The position numbers and the translations under genes are program-made. This document shows positions 48,529 to 57,410 of a DNA stretch of 64,000 nucleotides, piece after piece. The notes beneath the pieces were generated by a model. The model was not told the DNA's origin, did not search any database, and saw nothing but the letters and a program-made list of their open reading frames with translations. This stretch comes from Saprospiraceae bacterium (GTDB lineage: Bacteria > Bacteroidota > Bacteroidia > Chitinophagales > Saprospiraceae). The stretch spans positions 16,538 to 80,537 of the forward strand of contig JBGCDT010000055.1 of the NCBI GenBank assembly GCA_045105695.1. The letters are read 5' to 3'. How positions within the stretch are numbered: position 1 is the stretch's first letter; every line of letters begins with the position of its first letter.

Positions 48529-49317
48529 TTATTGATCCTGGTCTTCTGCCTTGATGGCTTCAATTTTTTGAGTCAGCCAAACGAAATCCTCAACGCTCAA
48601 TTCTTCAGGCCGTTGTTTGAAAAACTCTTCTTGTAAAAATGGATGTCCTTTAATATGGGTTTTCATCGTATTGCGCAGCATCTTGCGACGTTGACTGAAA
48701 GATTGTTTGACAATGGATTTGAATAGCTTTGGATTGCAACCCAAATCCTGATTATCTTTTCGTTCCAGACGAATAACCGCAGATTGTACTTTAGGTGGCG
48801 GATCAAATTCTGATTTGTCAACTTCAAAAAGATATGTACCATTATAATAGGCTTGTATCAAAACACTAATGACTCCATAGGCTTTCGAACCTGGCCCTGA
48901 AACGATACGCTGCGCAACTTCTTTTTGAAACATCCCTACCAGCTCCGGTACCAACTCCCGAACGTCCAACATCCTGAAAAGTATTTGACTGGAAATATTA
49001 TAAGGAAAGTTGCCTATGATAGAAAAAGGTTCGCCATCAAAAACTTGCGGTAAATTCAGCTTCATGAAGTCATAGTAAATAATATTTTCCGCAGCTTCAG
49101 GAAAATGCTTGCGCAGATAAAAAACCATATCTTCATCTGCTTCTACAGCTTTAAATTCGAAAGGCATTTTTAATAGATACTTAGTAAGCATTCCTTTGCC
49201 GGGGCCGATTTCCAATACGTTATCTGTAGATTGGCTGAATAAAAGACTCTTGGCAATGTCTTCTGTGATTTGCTCGTTTCTGAGAAAGTGCTGACCGTAT
49301 GATTTTTTAGCTCTCAT
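48529..49317 (-). CDS. rsmA: 16S rRNA (adenine1518/1519-N6)-dimethyltransferase
   Basis: KSYGQHFLRNEQI, the SAM motif VLEIGPGKGMLT, and GNFPYNISS. The ATG at 49317 (MRAKKSYGQHF) is preferred over the 50-codon extension to 49467. Confidence 0.85.
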   Translation of the reverse strand: MRAKKSYGQHFLRNEQITEDIAKSLLFSQSTDNVLEIGPGKGMLTKYLLKMPFEFKAVEADEDMVFYLRKHFPEAAENIIYYDFMKLNLPQVFDGEPFSIIGNFPYNISSQILFRMLDVRELVPELVGMFQKEVAQRIVSGPGSKAYGVISVLIQAYYNGTYLFEVDKSEFDPPPKVQSAVIRLERKDNQDLGCNPKLFKSIVKQSFSQRRKMLRNTMKTHIKGHPFLQEEFFKQRPEELSVEDFVWLTQKIEAIKAEDQDQ

Positions 49318-49497
49318 TCTGTATCTTTGCGCTGTTTGTAGAAGCTTAGAAATTGTATCTAATATATAGACAACGTATAAAGCTTCTATAATGGTTCGGA
49401 CAAAGATAGCGGCTTCTGCTGCAAAGTAAAATAATACCGAAATCCTTTTGTCCAACATCTCGTTCATATAACAGCTAACGCATTCAAAGCAAAATAA

Positions 49498-50544
49498 ATG
49501 AATAAAATAAAAGTAGGAATTAGTGCCGGAGATATAAATGGAGTTGGCCTGGAGGTCATCCTTAAATCACTAGCACAAAATATAACAGATTTTTGTACAC
49601 CTATTATCTACTGCTCTTCTAAGATAGTAGCTTACCACAAAAACATCGTGGGTATTGAGTCTTTTCATTTTAGTAGCTCTCCATCTGCGCATGGCGCACG
49701 TGATGGTCGCATCAATGTAGTCAACTGTTGGCAGGATGATGTGACCATTACTTTAGGAAAACTTTCTGAGACGGGTGGAAAATATGCTCGCATTGCTCTA
49801 GAGCAAGCAACTAACGATTTACAGGAAGGCTTGATTGATGCACTCATCACTGCACCCATCAATAAGAAAGCGATGCAAATGGCCGGCTTTCAATATCCTG
49901 GTCATACCGAATTTTTGGCGGATCGTTTCAATATAAACAACAGCTTGATGCTGATGGTAAGTGATAAACTTAGAATAGGTTTGGTCACCAATCATCTGCC
50001 GATAAAAGATGTCGCTTCTGCAATAACAAAAGATAGAGTAGCTCAAAAACTCGCACTGCTAAATACGACTTTGAAAAGAGACTTCGGGTTGGACAAACCA
50101 ACCATTGCTGTTTTAGGTTTGAATCCTCACGCAGGTGATGACGGAGCTATTGGATCGGAAGAAGAAGAAATTATTAGACCAGCTGTAGTTGAGGCAAAAA
50201 AATCGGGCATTATGGCTATGGGCCCTTATGCTGCTGATGGTTTCTTTGGTTCTGGCCAACATAAAAAATTCGATGGTATTCTAGCGATGTATCATGACCA
50301 GGGCTTAGTTGCCTTTAAGTCTTTGACCTTTGGAAATGGGGTAAACTTCACTGCGGGATTACCACACGTTAGAACTTCCCCTGATCATGGAACGGGTTAC
50401 GACATTGCCGGTACTAATTCGGCGGATCACAGTTCCTTCCTAAAGGCATTATACCTTGCATTGGATGTTTCCAAACATAGAAAAGAATTTGATCTTGCAC
50501 ATGAAGACAAAGTCTCAAAAAGTGTCAAACATTCAGAAAAATAA
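49498..50544 (+). CDS. pdxA: 4-hydroxythreonine-4-phosphate dehydrogenase
   Basis: GISAGDINGVGLEV, GHTEFLA, LGLNPHAGDDGAIGSEE, HDQGL, RTSPDHGT. Divergent from rsmA. Confidence 0.9.
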   Translation: MNKIKVGISAGDINGVGLEVILKSLAQNITDFCTPIIYCSSKIVAYHKNIVGIESFHFSSSPSAHGARDGRINVVNCWQDDVTITLGKLSETGGKYARIALEQATNDLQEGLIDALITAPINKKAMQMAGFQYPGHTEFLADRFNINNSLMLMVSDKLRIGLVTNHLPIKDVASAITKDRVAQKLALLNTTLKRDFGLDKPTIAVLGLNPHAGDDGAIGSEEEEIIRPAVVEAKKSGIMAMGPYAADGFFGSGQHKKFDGILAMYHDQGLVAFKSLTFGNGVNFTAGLPHVRTSPDHGTGYDIAGTNSADHSSFLKALYLALDVSKHRKEFDLAHEDKVSKSVKHSEK

Positions 50545-50560
50545 GCTTAGCCTAAAAAAT

Positions 50561-50597
50561 AAAAAGCTGCTGATCATGAAGTCAGCAGCTTTTTTTA
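50561..50597. terminator. bidirectional intrinsic terminator between pdxA (+) and the glucosaminidase gene (-)
   Basis: AAAAAGCTGCTGA-tcatgaag-TCAGCAGCTTTTTTT: an 8-bp GC-rich stem extended by A/T runs. Confidence 0.8.
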
Positions 50598-50630
50598 CGT
50601 GAAAAATTATTGTTCCTAAATGTTCTATTC

Positions 50631-51758
50631 TTATCGACGTGGTGCACGTCTTATTCTTACTTTTCCTTTCATCAACTGTAAGTGATTGTTCTCTCTCTTC
50701 GTCGCTGATAAATCCTCCTTAGATTTTATTGGTTCAGGAGCTGGTGATTCTGTTCGTGGCAATGCTTCCATTTGATAATTAGGAGGAATCGCATTGTTTG
50801 TCGTTTCAGCAGTTGGTTCCGGTTCACTGGTAGCTACTTCATAATTCACTACGGGTTGATAGGTTTCTTCTACTGTAGAAGATTCCTCTTCTTCTTCCAT
50901 TTCATTTGTAAATGGATTGCCTGTTTGGCTTGCGTCAGCAGACGAATAATTTTCAGAATCTGTTGTTGTAATACTTTCCGTGGTATTATTACTATTTGGC
51001 ATGTATTCGTCGATATTTACTGCGGCTGGAATGTCCTCGTCTGCTACTGGCTTTGGTTCCAGTTCTTCTGTTACAGATGTTTCGACTGTTGTGGAATTCA
51101 CTATGCTAGAAATACTTGGAGGTATAGTCAAGTCCGTATTCAACTCATGAGGTTCCGCTTGCTGAGGCATTGGCTCTGGTAGCGGAATGGTATAAACAGG
51201 CGCGCTGATCACAGGAGTATTCACTTGATCGAATCGAGTCAGATTATATTTCTCAATTGTTCTGATGAGCTTCTTTGCATAGTTAGGATCAGTTGCATAA
51301 CCACATGCTTTTAAACCTTTTGACCAGTTGACATAGTCTGTTGGATCATAGCTAAATAAGGTTTGATAACGATCTCCTTCTACCAAAAAATTAGTGTGAT
51401 CGATATAAGATTCTTCAACACTATTGTAAACTCGGAAACAAGATTTTGTCAAGACTCCATTTACATAATCATCATCTTCAATATAGTAGGTTGGCCCATT
51501 CCAGATGGACTTACATTTTATTCCGAAGTGGTTGTTAGAATTCGTGGAGAGCTCCCCCAAGCCCCAACTTGATTCATGAATACCTTGCGCTAAAATAACG
51601 CTAGCAGGAATACCGCTTCGCTGCATTTCGCGAACAGCAATATCATTGTACGTCTCGATATAGCGAGTGACGTGTGGTGGAAGATTAGTGACGGCAGCAG
51701 TGGCTGAATTGAGCAATAGCAGGACAGCCATTGCACAGGGCAATAGGGTTTTCATCAT
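50631..51758 (-). CDS. glucosaminidase-domain (mannosyl-glycoprotein endo-beta-N-acetylglucosaminidase-like) protein with a long low-complexity C-terminal tail
   Basis: Signal peptide and a catalytic domain (IAVREMQRSGIPASVILAQGIHESSWGLGELSTNSNNHFGIK...YATDPNYAKKLI). About 190 aa of Pro/Glu/Thr-rich sequence follow, ending in a basic RIRRAPRR. Confidence 0.7.
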   Translation of the reverse strand: MMKTLLPCAMAVLLLLNSATAAVTNLPPHVTRYIETYNDIAVREMQRSGIPASVILAQGIHESSWGLGELSTNSNNHFGIKCKSIWNGPTYYIEDDDYVNGVLTKSCFRVYNSVEESYIDHTNFLVEGDRYQTLFSYDPTDYVNWSKGLKACGYATDPNYAKKLIRTIEKYNLTRFDQVNTPVISAPVYTIPLPEPMPQQAEPHELNTDLTIPPSISSIVNSTTVETSVTEELEPKPVADEDIPAAVNIDEYMPNSNNTTESITTTDSENYSSADASQTGNPFTNEMEEEEESSTVEETYQPVVNYEVATSEPEPTAETTNNAIPPNYQMEALPRTESPAPEPIKSKEDLSATKRENNHLQLMKGKVRIRRAPRR

Positions 51759-52147
51759 TGTATGTTTTTGTTCTTTAGAATTCTCTGAAGATCACTGATC
51801 TTCAAAATGGTCTGTCAATTTTTTATATATCAAAAAAATTGCCATATGATAAGAATGGTGAAACTTTTTTGTAAAAAATTGTGACAAAGAAAAGATTCTT
51901 TCCATTCTCTAACTTTTAACTCTAGCGGAACAACATCTCTCAGAATAGCCATAATTTTACAACTAAGAAGAGAAATCTACGTAAGAAAAATCAACTCACA
52001 TGTAACAAAAACTAATTTGTTTTGTATGCAAAATGAGGGATTTAACTGCAAAAACGATTTTGATTAGATCCGACTTTTGCAAAACAGCTCCTTCCCATTT
52101 AACCGTAAGTGAAAAAACAACATCTGCCATTTCTAAAAAATGTCACT

Positions 52148-54313
52148 ATGAACCATCTAAGTACAAAACCACACTTATTCATACTTCTACTCTGTTTAGG
52201 CAATCTTCTGCTAAACGCACAGAGTAGCACTAGCTTTTCTATGGATCAATATTATGAGGAGGCATTACGACTGCACGACAAAGCCAATTATGCGGATGCA
52301 GCTTCCTATTACGATCTGTCTCTTTTTATGAATCCCAACTGTGAGAAATGTCTTTTCAATCGAGGGCTGGTTCGTTTTGAATTGGAGAAGTACAACAAAG
52401 CGCTTGCTGATTTTAATAACCTGCTTGCTTTAAATCCAACAGACATTGAAGCTTATGAGCAAAGAGGTCACTTACGTTACTTAACTGGAAATGTGGACGG
52501 AGCCATCTCAGATTTTTCGACGGTTATTAGTAGCAACCCATCGGCGGTTACTTATACCAATAGAGGGTTAGTCTATTTAGATTTGAAGCGATATCCTGAT
52601 GCCATTCGAGATCTTAAAAACGGTATTCGTCTGAACCCGATAGATGGTGAAGCTCAACGAACTTTGGGAGATGCGCTCTTCGCAATCAACAAACCTGAGG
52701 AAGCTATTCAACAATACAATATTGCCATTCAGGTGAACCCAAGAGACATTCTGGCTTATAACAATCGTGGAAATGCTTATCAACTAATGGGGCAAGATGA
52801 GGAAGCACTTGCAGATTATAATTACGGAATCAGATTGTTAGAGAATAGTTACACATATACCAATCGAGCGAAGTACTGGATTAAAAAGGAGAACTATAAA
52901 CAAGCCTTAATAGATGGTAGAGCCGCTACTAAATTAAACTTCAGTAACCCTGAAGCATACTATTGCGTCGGTTTAGTAGAAAATGCTTTAGGTAATTACG
53001 CAATTGCTGCTGAGAATTTTAATAAGGCAATTGCGCTAGATCACAAGCGAGCTGATTACTATAATGGTAGAGGCTTGGCGCTTTTCCATTTAGAGGAATA
53101 CGCAGATGCTCAGGATGATTTCAAAAGTGCGCTAACACTGAACCCTGCTGATGCTGCTGCAAAAGATAGGATTACTGATTGTCATCAAAAGATGGAAGGA
53201 AATGTAGCCGTCGTTGCGGCGATGAGTGGAGAAGACGTAGATGAATTTGTAGAAAAAGGAGGTGGATTAGTTAGCTATTCTGTTTTTGGTGAAATCCCAA
53301 AATCTAAACCATTAGTAGAAAGAGATATTGATATTATTTTAGAGGATGAAGATGAATACGAAGAAGAGGAAGAAAATATTCCAGCTTCATATAATCTGCC
53401 TATCAGTAATAATCGAGTAAGAAACAATACCCCCCCAAAGAAGACTTTAGCAAAAGCAAACACAGCTCCTACTGGAGAGATATTCTACGAAAGAGGTGTA
53501 GACTTAAGTAAACTGAAGTTAGCAAATAGTACCACCTCTGCAACCGATCAAGCCATCCAGCATCTGGAAATAGCCAACAAACACTTTAGTGCAAAGTGGT
53601 TCGATCAAGCCATCCAACAATATACTGCAGCTCTGAACGCAGACCCTGCTTTGGAAGAAGCCTACTACAAAAGAGCAAGATCCTATATGTTTACAAACGC
53701 ATATGACCAAGCCATTTCAGACTTAGATGAATACCTTCTAATCGTCCCTAATAATGCTGATGCCTTCAATGATAGAGGTACTTTGCGATTCCGCACTGGC
53801 AATATTTTTGGAGCGTTGGAAGATTATAACGCAGGGCTTCGACTGAAGAGCAACCACTCCATGCTGCTCAGCAATAGAGGAAGATACCACATGGTCATGG
53901 GTTTATTTAACGAAGCCATCGATGACTTTACTCAAGCTATCAATCAAAAAAACACATCAGCAGATATTTACTACCAGAGGGGGTTGGCTCACTTTGAATT
54001 ACAAAATCATGCTGCGGTAATAGAAGATATGAAGCAAGCGATCAGCAGAAGCAATATTGATCGTTATGAATTTTACTTTCTAATTGCAAAATCACAGCTC
54101 TTATCGTTACGTCAAGAGGAGTCGCTAACACATTTCAACAAAACCATTGAACTAAGTCCGAGGTTTGCAGAAGCTTACATGTATCGAGCTGTTGCACATC
54201 AGCAACTAGGTAACAGAACAGCTGCTTGTGAAGATTATGAAATGGCCGCATCTTTAGGCTTAAAAGCGTTAAATGAAATAGGAATACGTAGTTACTGTGA
54301 AGAATTGGAATAA
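52148..54313 (+). CDS. secreted tetratricopeptide-repeat protein (two TPR arrays split by an acidic linker)
   Basis: Signal peptide (MNHLSTKPHLFILLLCLGNLLLNAQ), many TPR units and the linker EDEDEYEEEEEN. The ATG at 52148 is preferred over the GTG at 52109. Confidence 0.7.
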   Translation: MNHLSTKPHLFILLLCLGNLLLNAQSSTSFSMDQYYEEALRLHDKANYADAASYYDLSLFMNPNCEKCLFNRGLVRFELEKYNKALADFNNLLALNPTDIEAYEQRGHLRYLTGNVDGAISDFSTVISSNPSAVTYTNRGLVYLDLKRYPDAIRDLKNGIRLNPIDGEAQRTLGDALFAINKPEEAIQQYNIAIQVNPRDILAYNNRGNAYQLMGQDEEALADYNYGIRLLENSYTYTNRAKYWIKKENYKQALIDGRAATKLNFSNPEAYYCVGLVENALGNYAIAAENFNKAIALDHKRADYYNGRGLALFHLEEYADAQDDFKSALTLNPADAAAKDRITDCHQKMEGNVAVVAAMSGEDVDEFVEKGGGLVSYSVFGEIPKSKPLVERDIDIILEDEDEYEEEEENIPASYNLPISNNRVRNNTPPKKTLAKANTAPTGEIFYERGVDLSKLKLANSTTSATDQAIQHLEIANKHFSAKWFDQAIQQYTAALNADPALEEAYYKRARSYMFTNAYDQAISDLDEYLLIVPNNADAFNDRGTLRFRTGNIFGALEDYNAGLRLKSNHSMLLSNRGRYHMVMGLFNEAIDDFTQAINQKNTSADIYYQRGLAHFELQNHAAVIEDMKQAISRSNIDRYEFYFLIAKSQLLSLRQEESLTHFNKTIELSPRFAEAYMYRAVAHQQLGNRTAACEDYEMAASLGLKALNEIGIRSYCEELE

Positions 54314-54519
54314 GATTTAGCGCGGCCCATCAAAAGTATTAGGAAAACTTTAGATAAGCGAAATACAATAAGCCGCTTGAAATAGCTTTTTAAGAAGGGG
54401 ATAAACTTTAATTATTAAAATTCATTTTATAGCTATAAGTGATCAGTCAAGAAGAATAATAGGTTATTAATTATTTTGACTGATTACTTAAGTCTTTTAT
54501 TTACACTAAATAGTTGATT

Positions 54520-54891
54520 ATGAGAAACAACGCAGACAAAAGATCTCGATACAGTGATGAAGAATTAGCGGAGTTTGAAGAAATTATCGACAAGAAGCTC
54601 AAGGTGTCTAAGGAGCAATTAGATTTTTATTTAACTCAACTTTCGCAGTCTACGGACACTGTAGATAACAAAGCCAGAGGAATAGACGATGCAACTGGAA
54701 ATGCGGAGAGTGAACAAAATTCTATTATGGCTGCTCGTCTACAAAAGCACGTTAAGCATTTAGAAAATGCTAAGATCAGAATTCAAAACAAAATATATGG
54801 CGTTTGCCGAGAAACTGGCGAGTTGATTTCAAAAGAGCGTTTGCGCGCAGTGCCACATGCTACTTTGAGTATCAAGGCTAAGCAAAAATAA
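54520..54891 (+). CDS. DksA/TraR-family regulator (Bacteroidota type, incomplete Cys4 finger)
   Basis: A coiled-coil N-terminus and the C-terminal YGVCRETGELISKERLRAVPHATLSIKAK. Lies immediately upstream of lspA, the usual Bacteroidota arrangement. Confidence 0.7.
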   Translation: MRNNADKRSRYSDEELAEFEEIIDKKLKVSKEQLDFYLTQLSQSTDTVDNKARGIDDATGNAESEQNSIMAARLQKHVKHLENAKIRIQNKIYGVCRETGELISKERLRAVPHATLSIKAKQK

Positions 54892-54911
54892 TAATACAAT
54901 CCTGCAAAAGT

Positions 54912-54949
54912 AAAAGACCTGTCGAGGCAAATGTTCCGACAGGTCTTTT
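54912..54949 (+). terminator. intrinsic terminator after the dksA-like gene
   Basis: AAAAGACCTGTCG-12 nt-CGACAGGTCTTTT: a perfect 13-bp stem with a T-tract. Confidence 0.75.
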
Positions 54950-55044
54950 CTGAATCTAGGTAGCACAAGTTGCTTTTTTCTTCAGGTTGATGAATTTTCA
55001 ATGTTCATTCCCTATTTTCGCCAAAATAATAAAACACATTCCCC

Positions 55045-55809
55045 TTGAGTCGATCTATAAAAGTTGCCCTGATTGTCATCCTTGTTTTGGTTTTGGATCA
55101 AAGTCTTAAGATTTGGGTGAAAACCAATATGGCTTATGGCGATGAGATTCCATTGCTAGGCTTAGATTGGGCCATGCTCCATTTTGTAGAAAACCCAGGA
55201 ATGGCTTTCGGTCTTAAGATCGGAGGGGACTATGGTAAACTCGCACTGAGTTTATTTCGGATTTTGGCCGTTATTTTTCTCTTCTATTTTATTTACAAAT
55301 TGATTCAATCGAAAGTCTCTTTCGGACTGCTGGCTAGCTTTGCGTTAATCTTAGCAGGAGCTTTAGGGAATATAATCGATAGTGCATTATATGGTTTGAT
55401 CTTCTCCGCTTCACCCTATCATGGAGATGAGGTAGCTACGTTATTTCCAGAAGCAGGGGGCTATGCTGGCTTTCTACATGGCAAGGTGGTAGACATGTTA
55501 TATTTCCCTGTGGTAGAAGGTTTCTTTCCAGAATGGTTTCCGTTTTGGGGAGGAGATTACTTTTTGTTCTTTCGGCCTGTTTTCAACCTTGCAGATACAG
55601 CTATAACTATAGGCGTCATTAGTATATTGTTATTTTATAGAAGCTTCTTTGGAAGTGATTTTTCAGAAGAAGAAAGACCCGTAGACAGTATGGCGGGGCC
55701 ATCGGGCGAAGAACCTGAAACTACTACTACGTCAGAAGAGTTGACAGATAACAATAATACGACATCTTCCCCTTCTGTATCTTCAACTCCAACAGAAGAT
55801 AAGCCCTAG
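55045..55809 (+). CDS. lspA: lipoprotein signal peptidase (signal peptidase II) with a Thr/Glu/Ser-rich C-terminal extension
   Basis: VENPGMAFG and FNLADTAITIG (catalytic Asp regions). A TTG start at 55045 is required to retain the first TM helix. Confidence 0.8.
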   Translation: MSRSIKVALIVILVLVLDQSLKIWVKTNMAYGDEIPLLGLDWAMLHFVENPGMAFGLKIGGDYGKLALSLFRILAVIFLFYFIYKLIQSKVSFGLLASFALILAGALGNIIDSALYGLIFSASPYHGDEVATLFPEAGGYAGFLHGKVVDMLYFPVVEGFFPEWFPFWGGDYFLFFRPVFNLADTAITIGVISILLFYRSFFGSDFSEEERPVDSMAGPSGEEPETTTTSEELTDNNNTTSSPSVSSTPTEDKP

Positions 55810-55992
55810 TTTCATGATTGGCGGCACGACCTTTGTCTAAGTATAATCACTAACAATAATACGTTTTTTTCCCAATGGGAATATAAGTTCCTGTTAGTCA
55901 ATGGCAAACGTGTCATTTTCAGTAAATTGATAACTTTTAAATTATTTAAAAATAAATCAACAAAGGGCTTGACCGGTAACTGAAAAAAAACA

Positions 55993-56000
55993 TATATTTG
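55993..56000 (+). promoter_or_regulatory. -7 promoter box TATATTTG for tRNA-Cys (possible -33 TTG at 55969-55971)
   Basis: Exact TAnnTTTG match, 12 nt upstream of the tRNA 5' end. Confidence 0.45.
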
Positions 56001-56011
56001 CCCTTCGTTAG

Positions 56012-56082
56012 GGTCGCGTGGCCGAGTGGCTAGGCAGTGGTCTGCAAAACCATCTACAGCGGTTCGAATCCGCTCGCGACCT
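56012..56082 (+). tRNA. tRNA-Cys (anticodon GCA)
   Basis: Hand fold: acceptor GGTCGCG/CGCGACC, anticodon stem GTGGT/ACCAT with loop CT-GCA-AA, T-arm AGCGG-TTCGAAT-CCGCT. The discriminator is U, as expected for tRNA-Cys. Confidence 0.9.
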
Positions 56083-56094
56083 CAAAAAGAAAAA

Positions 56095-56122
56095 AGCCTT
56101 TTAGCAATTTTGCTAAAGGGCT
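56095..56122. terminator. bidirectional intrinsic terminator (tRNA-Cys on +, coiled-coil gene on -)
   Basis: AGCCTTTTAGCA-attt-TGCTAAAGGGCT forms a 12-bp stem flanked by A- and T-runs. Confidence 0.8.
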
Positions 56123-56151
56123 TTTTCTTCGAATATTGGGTGATATAAATC

Positions 56152-57093
56152 CTAACGCAGCGTAAACTCCGTTCTTCCAACCAATCCCCAGTCTGCATAG
56201 ATGAATACAAAGTAACTACCCTTCTTCAAGGTTCTTCGCTTGGGCTCCACTTTAAATGCCAAGCGTACTTTGTCATACAAAGTTGCTCTAATCGACTGCT
56301 GAGCGATAATGGGTTCTATTTTACCTGTGACCTCAGAAGTTATTTTCTTTGTTACCGGATTGTCCACTTGCACCAAATTTCCTTTTGCATCTTTAATCAC
56401 GACATAGAGGTCCGTTTCTCCTTCCTTGCTTTTCGCTAGGTGACTCAAATTAAAGCTAACAACAATCTCTCTCGCTCTTCTGAAACTACCAGTAGGCTTT
56501 TTACCTTTTTTGAAAATATCAACGCGAGTGTTTGTCGCCACAGTAGCGGTTACATCTAGATTGTCATTTTCTCTTTCCAGTAAATTGTTTCTGTTTCTAG
56601 CCTCTTCCAGACGATCCATGAGTTCCTGATTGCGTGCTTCGATGTTGCTAATTCTATGCTCAAGGAGTGATCCGTCGGCAATACCGCCTTCAGCCTGCTC
56701 TGCTTTCAGTCTATCGACCATTGCAGTAAGCTCTGTTTTAGCTGCTCTGAGTTTTTTTATTTCGCCTCTCATCCAACCAATGTCCTTCTTGTATTTCTTT
56801 TGTAATTTTTTTAGCTCTGCCTTATTCGATGTCAAAGCCTTGTTAGCTGCTTCCAGGTCTCGCTTTTGATTTTCATTGACGGTAGCCAACTCTTCGAATT
56901 CTTCTTCTAATGTTTTTACATCAGCAAGTAGTTCTTCTCTCGTTTCTTCGAGGTCAGACACTTCTGTTGTTAAATTCTTGTTCTCTTTTTCTAGTTTGTT
57001 ATTTTGCTGATAGGAATAGATTCCAAATGTAGTTGCCAGAAGAAAGAAGGCAGAGAGAAAGAGTATAGTAGATATTGAGGTTTTATTTGCCAT
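56152..57093 (-). CDS. membrane-anchored coiled-coil protein with a C-terminal beta-rich domain (function unknown)
   Basis: N-terminal TM helix (ISTILFLSAFFLLATTFGIY), about 160 aa of heptad-rich sequence, and about 120 aa of beta-rich C-terminus. Confidence 0.5.
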   Translation of the reverse strand: MANKTSISTILFLSAFFLLATTFGIYSYQQNNKLEKENKNLTTEVSDLEETREELLADVKTLEEEFEELATVNENQKRDLEAANKALTSNKAELKKLQKKYKKDIGWMRGEIKKLRAAKTELTAMVDRLKAEQAEGGIADGSLLEHRISNIEARNQELMDRLEEARNRNNLLERENDNLDVTATVATNTRVDIFKKGKKPTGSFRRAREIVVSFNLSHLAKSKEGETDLYVVIKDAKGNLVQVDNPVTKKITSEVTGKIEPIIAQQSIRATLYDKVRLAFKVEPKRRTLKKGSYFVFIYADWGLVGRTEFTLR

Positions 57094-57300
57094 GGTTATT
57101 TTTTAATGATTAGTATAGTCGTTAGTAAAAGTAAAGTTAGTAAGTCCTTTAGAGAAAGGAGATTTTATGTTTAGTTTTTTGAACGGGCCGGTTGTCTAAT
57201 TGATTCAGTTTTATAAACTAAAAAACAGAAAGCCGACCAAAGCCAACTTTCCGTTTTTATCAATTATAAAGTGTTCTATGCAACAACGAAAAATTAACTC

Positions 57301-57381
57301 CAGAATCTGCCTTGAAAAGTACTGACCGTAACGACTGAAGGGAGAGCAGGTTAGGACTTTTCAAGGAGCATAAAGATTCTG
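57301..57381 (-). terminator. long bipartite hairpin downstream of the 1393-aa surface-protein gene
   Basis: 57301-57308 pairs with 57374-57381 (8 bp) and 57310-57320 pairs with 57356-57366 (11 bp), with a 35-nt apical loop. It lies 30 nt after the stop at 57411 and is followed on the - strand by a short T-run. Confidence 0.4.
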
Positions 57382-57410
57382 AAATTATTTTTTGTTTAAT
57401 ACTATAGTGT

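Noticed and set aside
49318-49467. 50-codon extension of rsmA
   Set aside because: The conserved RsmA N-terminus (KSYGQHFL) begins right after the Met at 49317. The extension would consume the divergent rsmA/pdxA promoter region.
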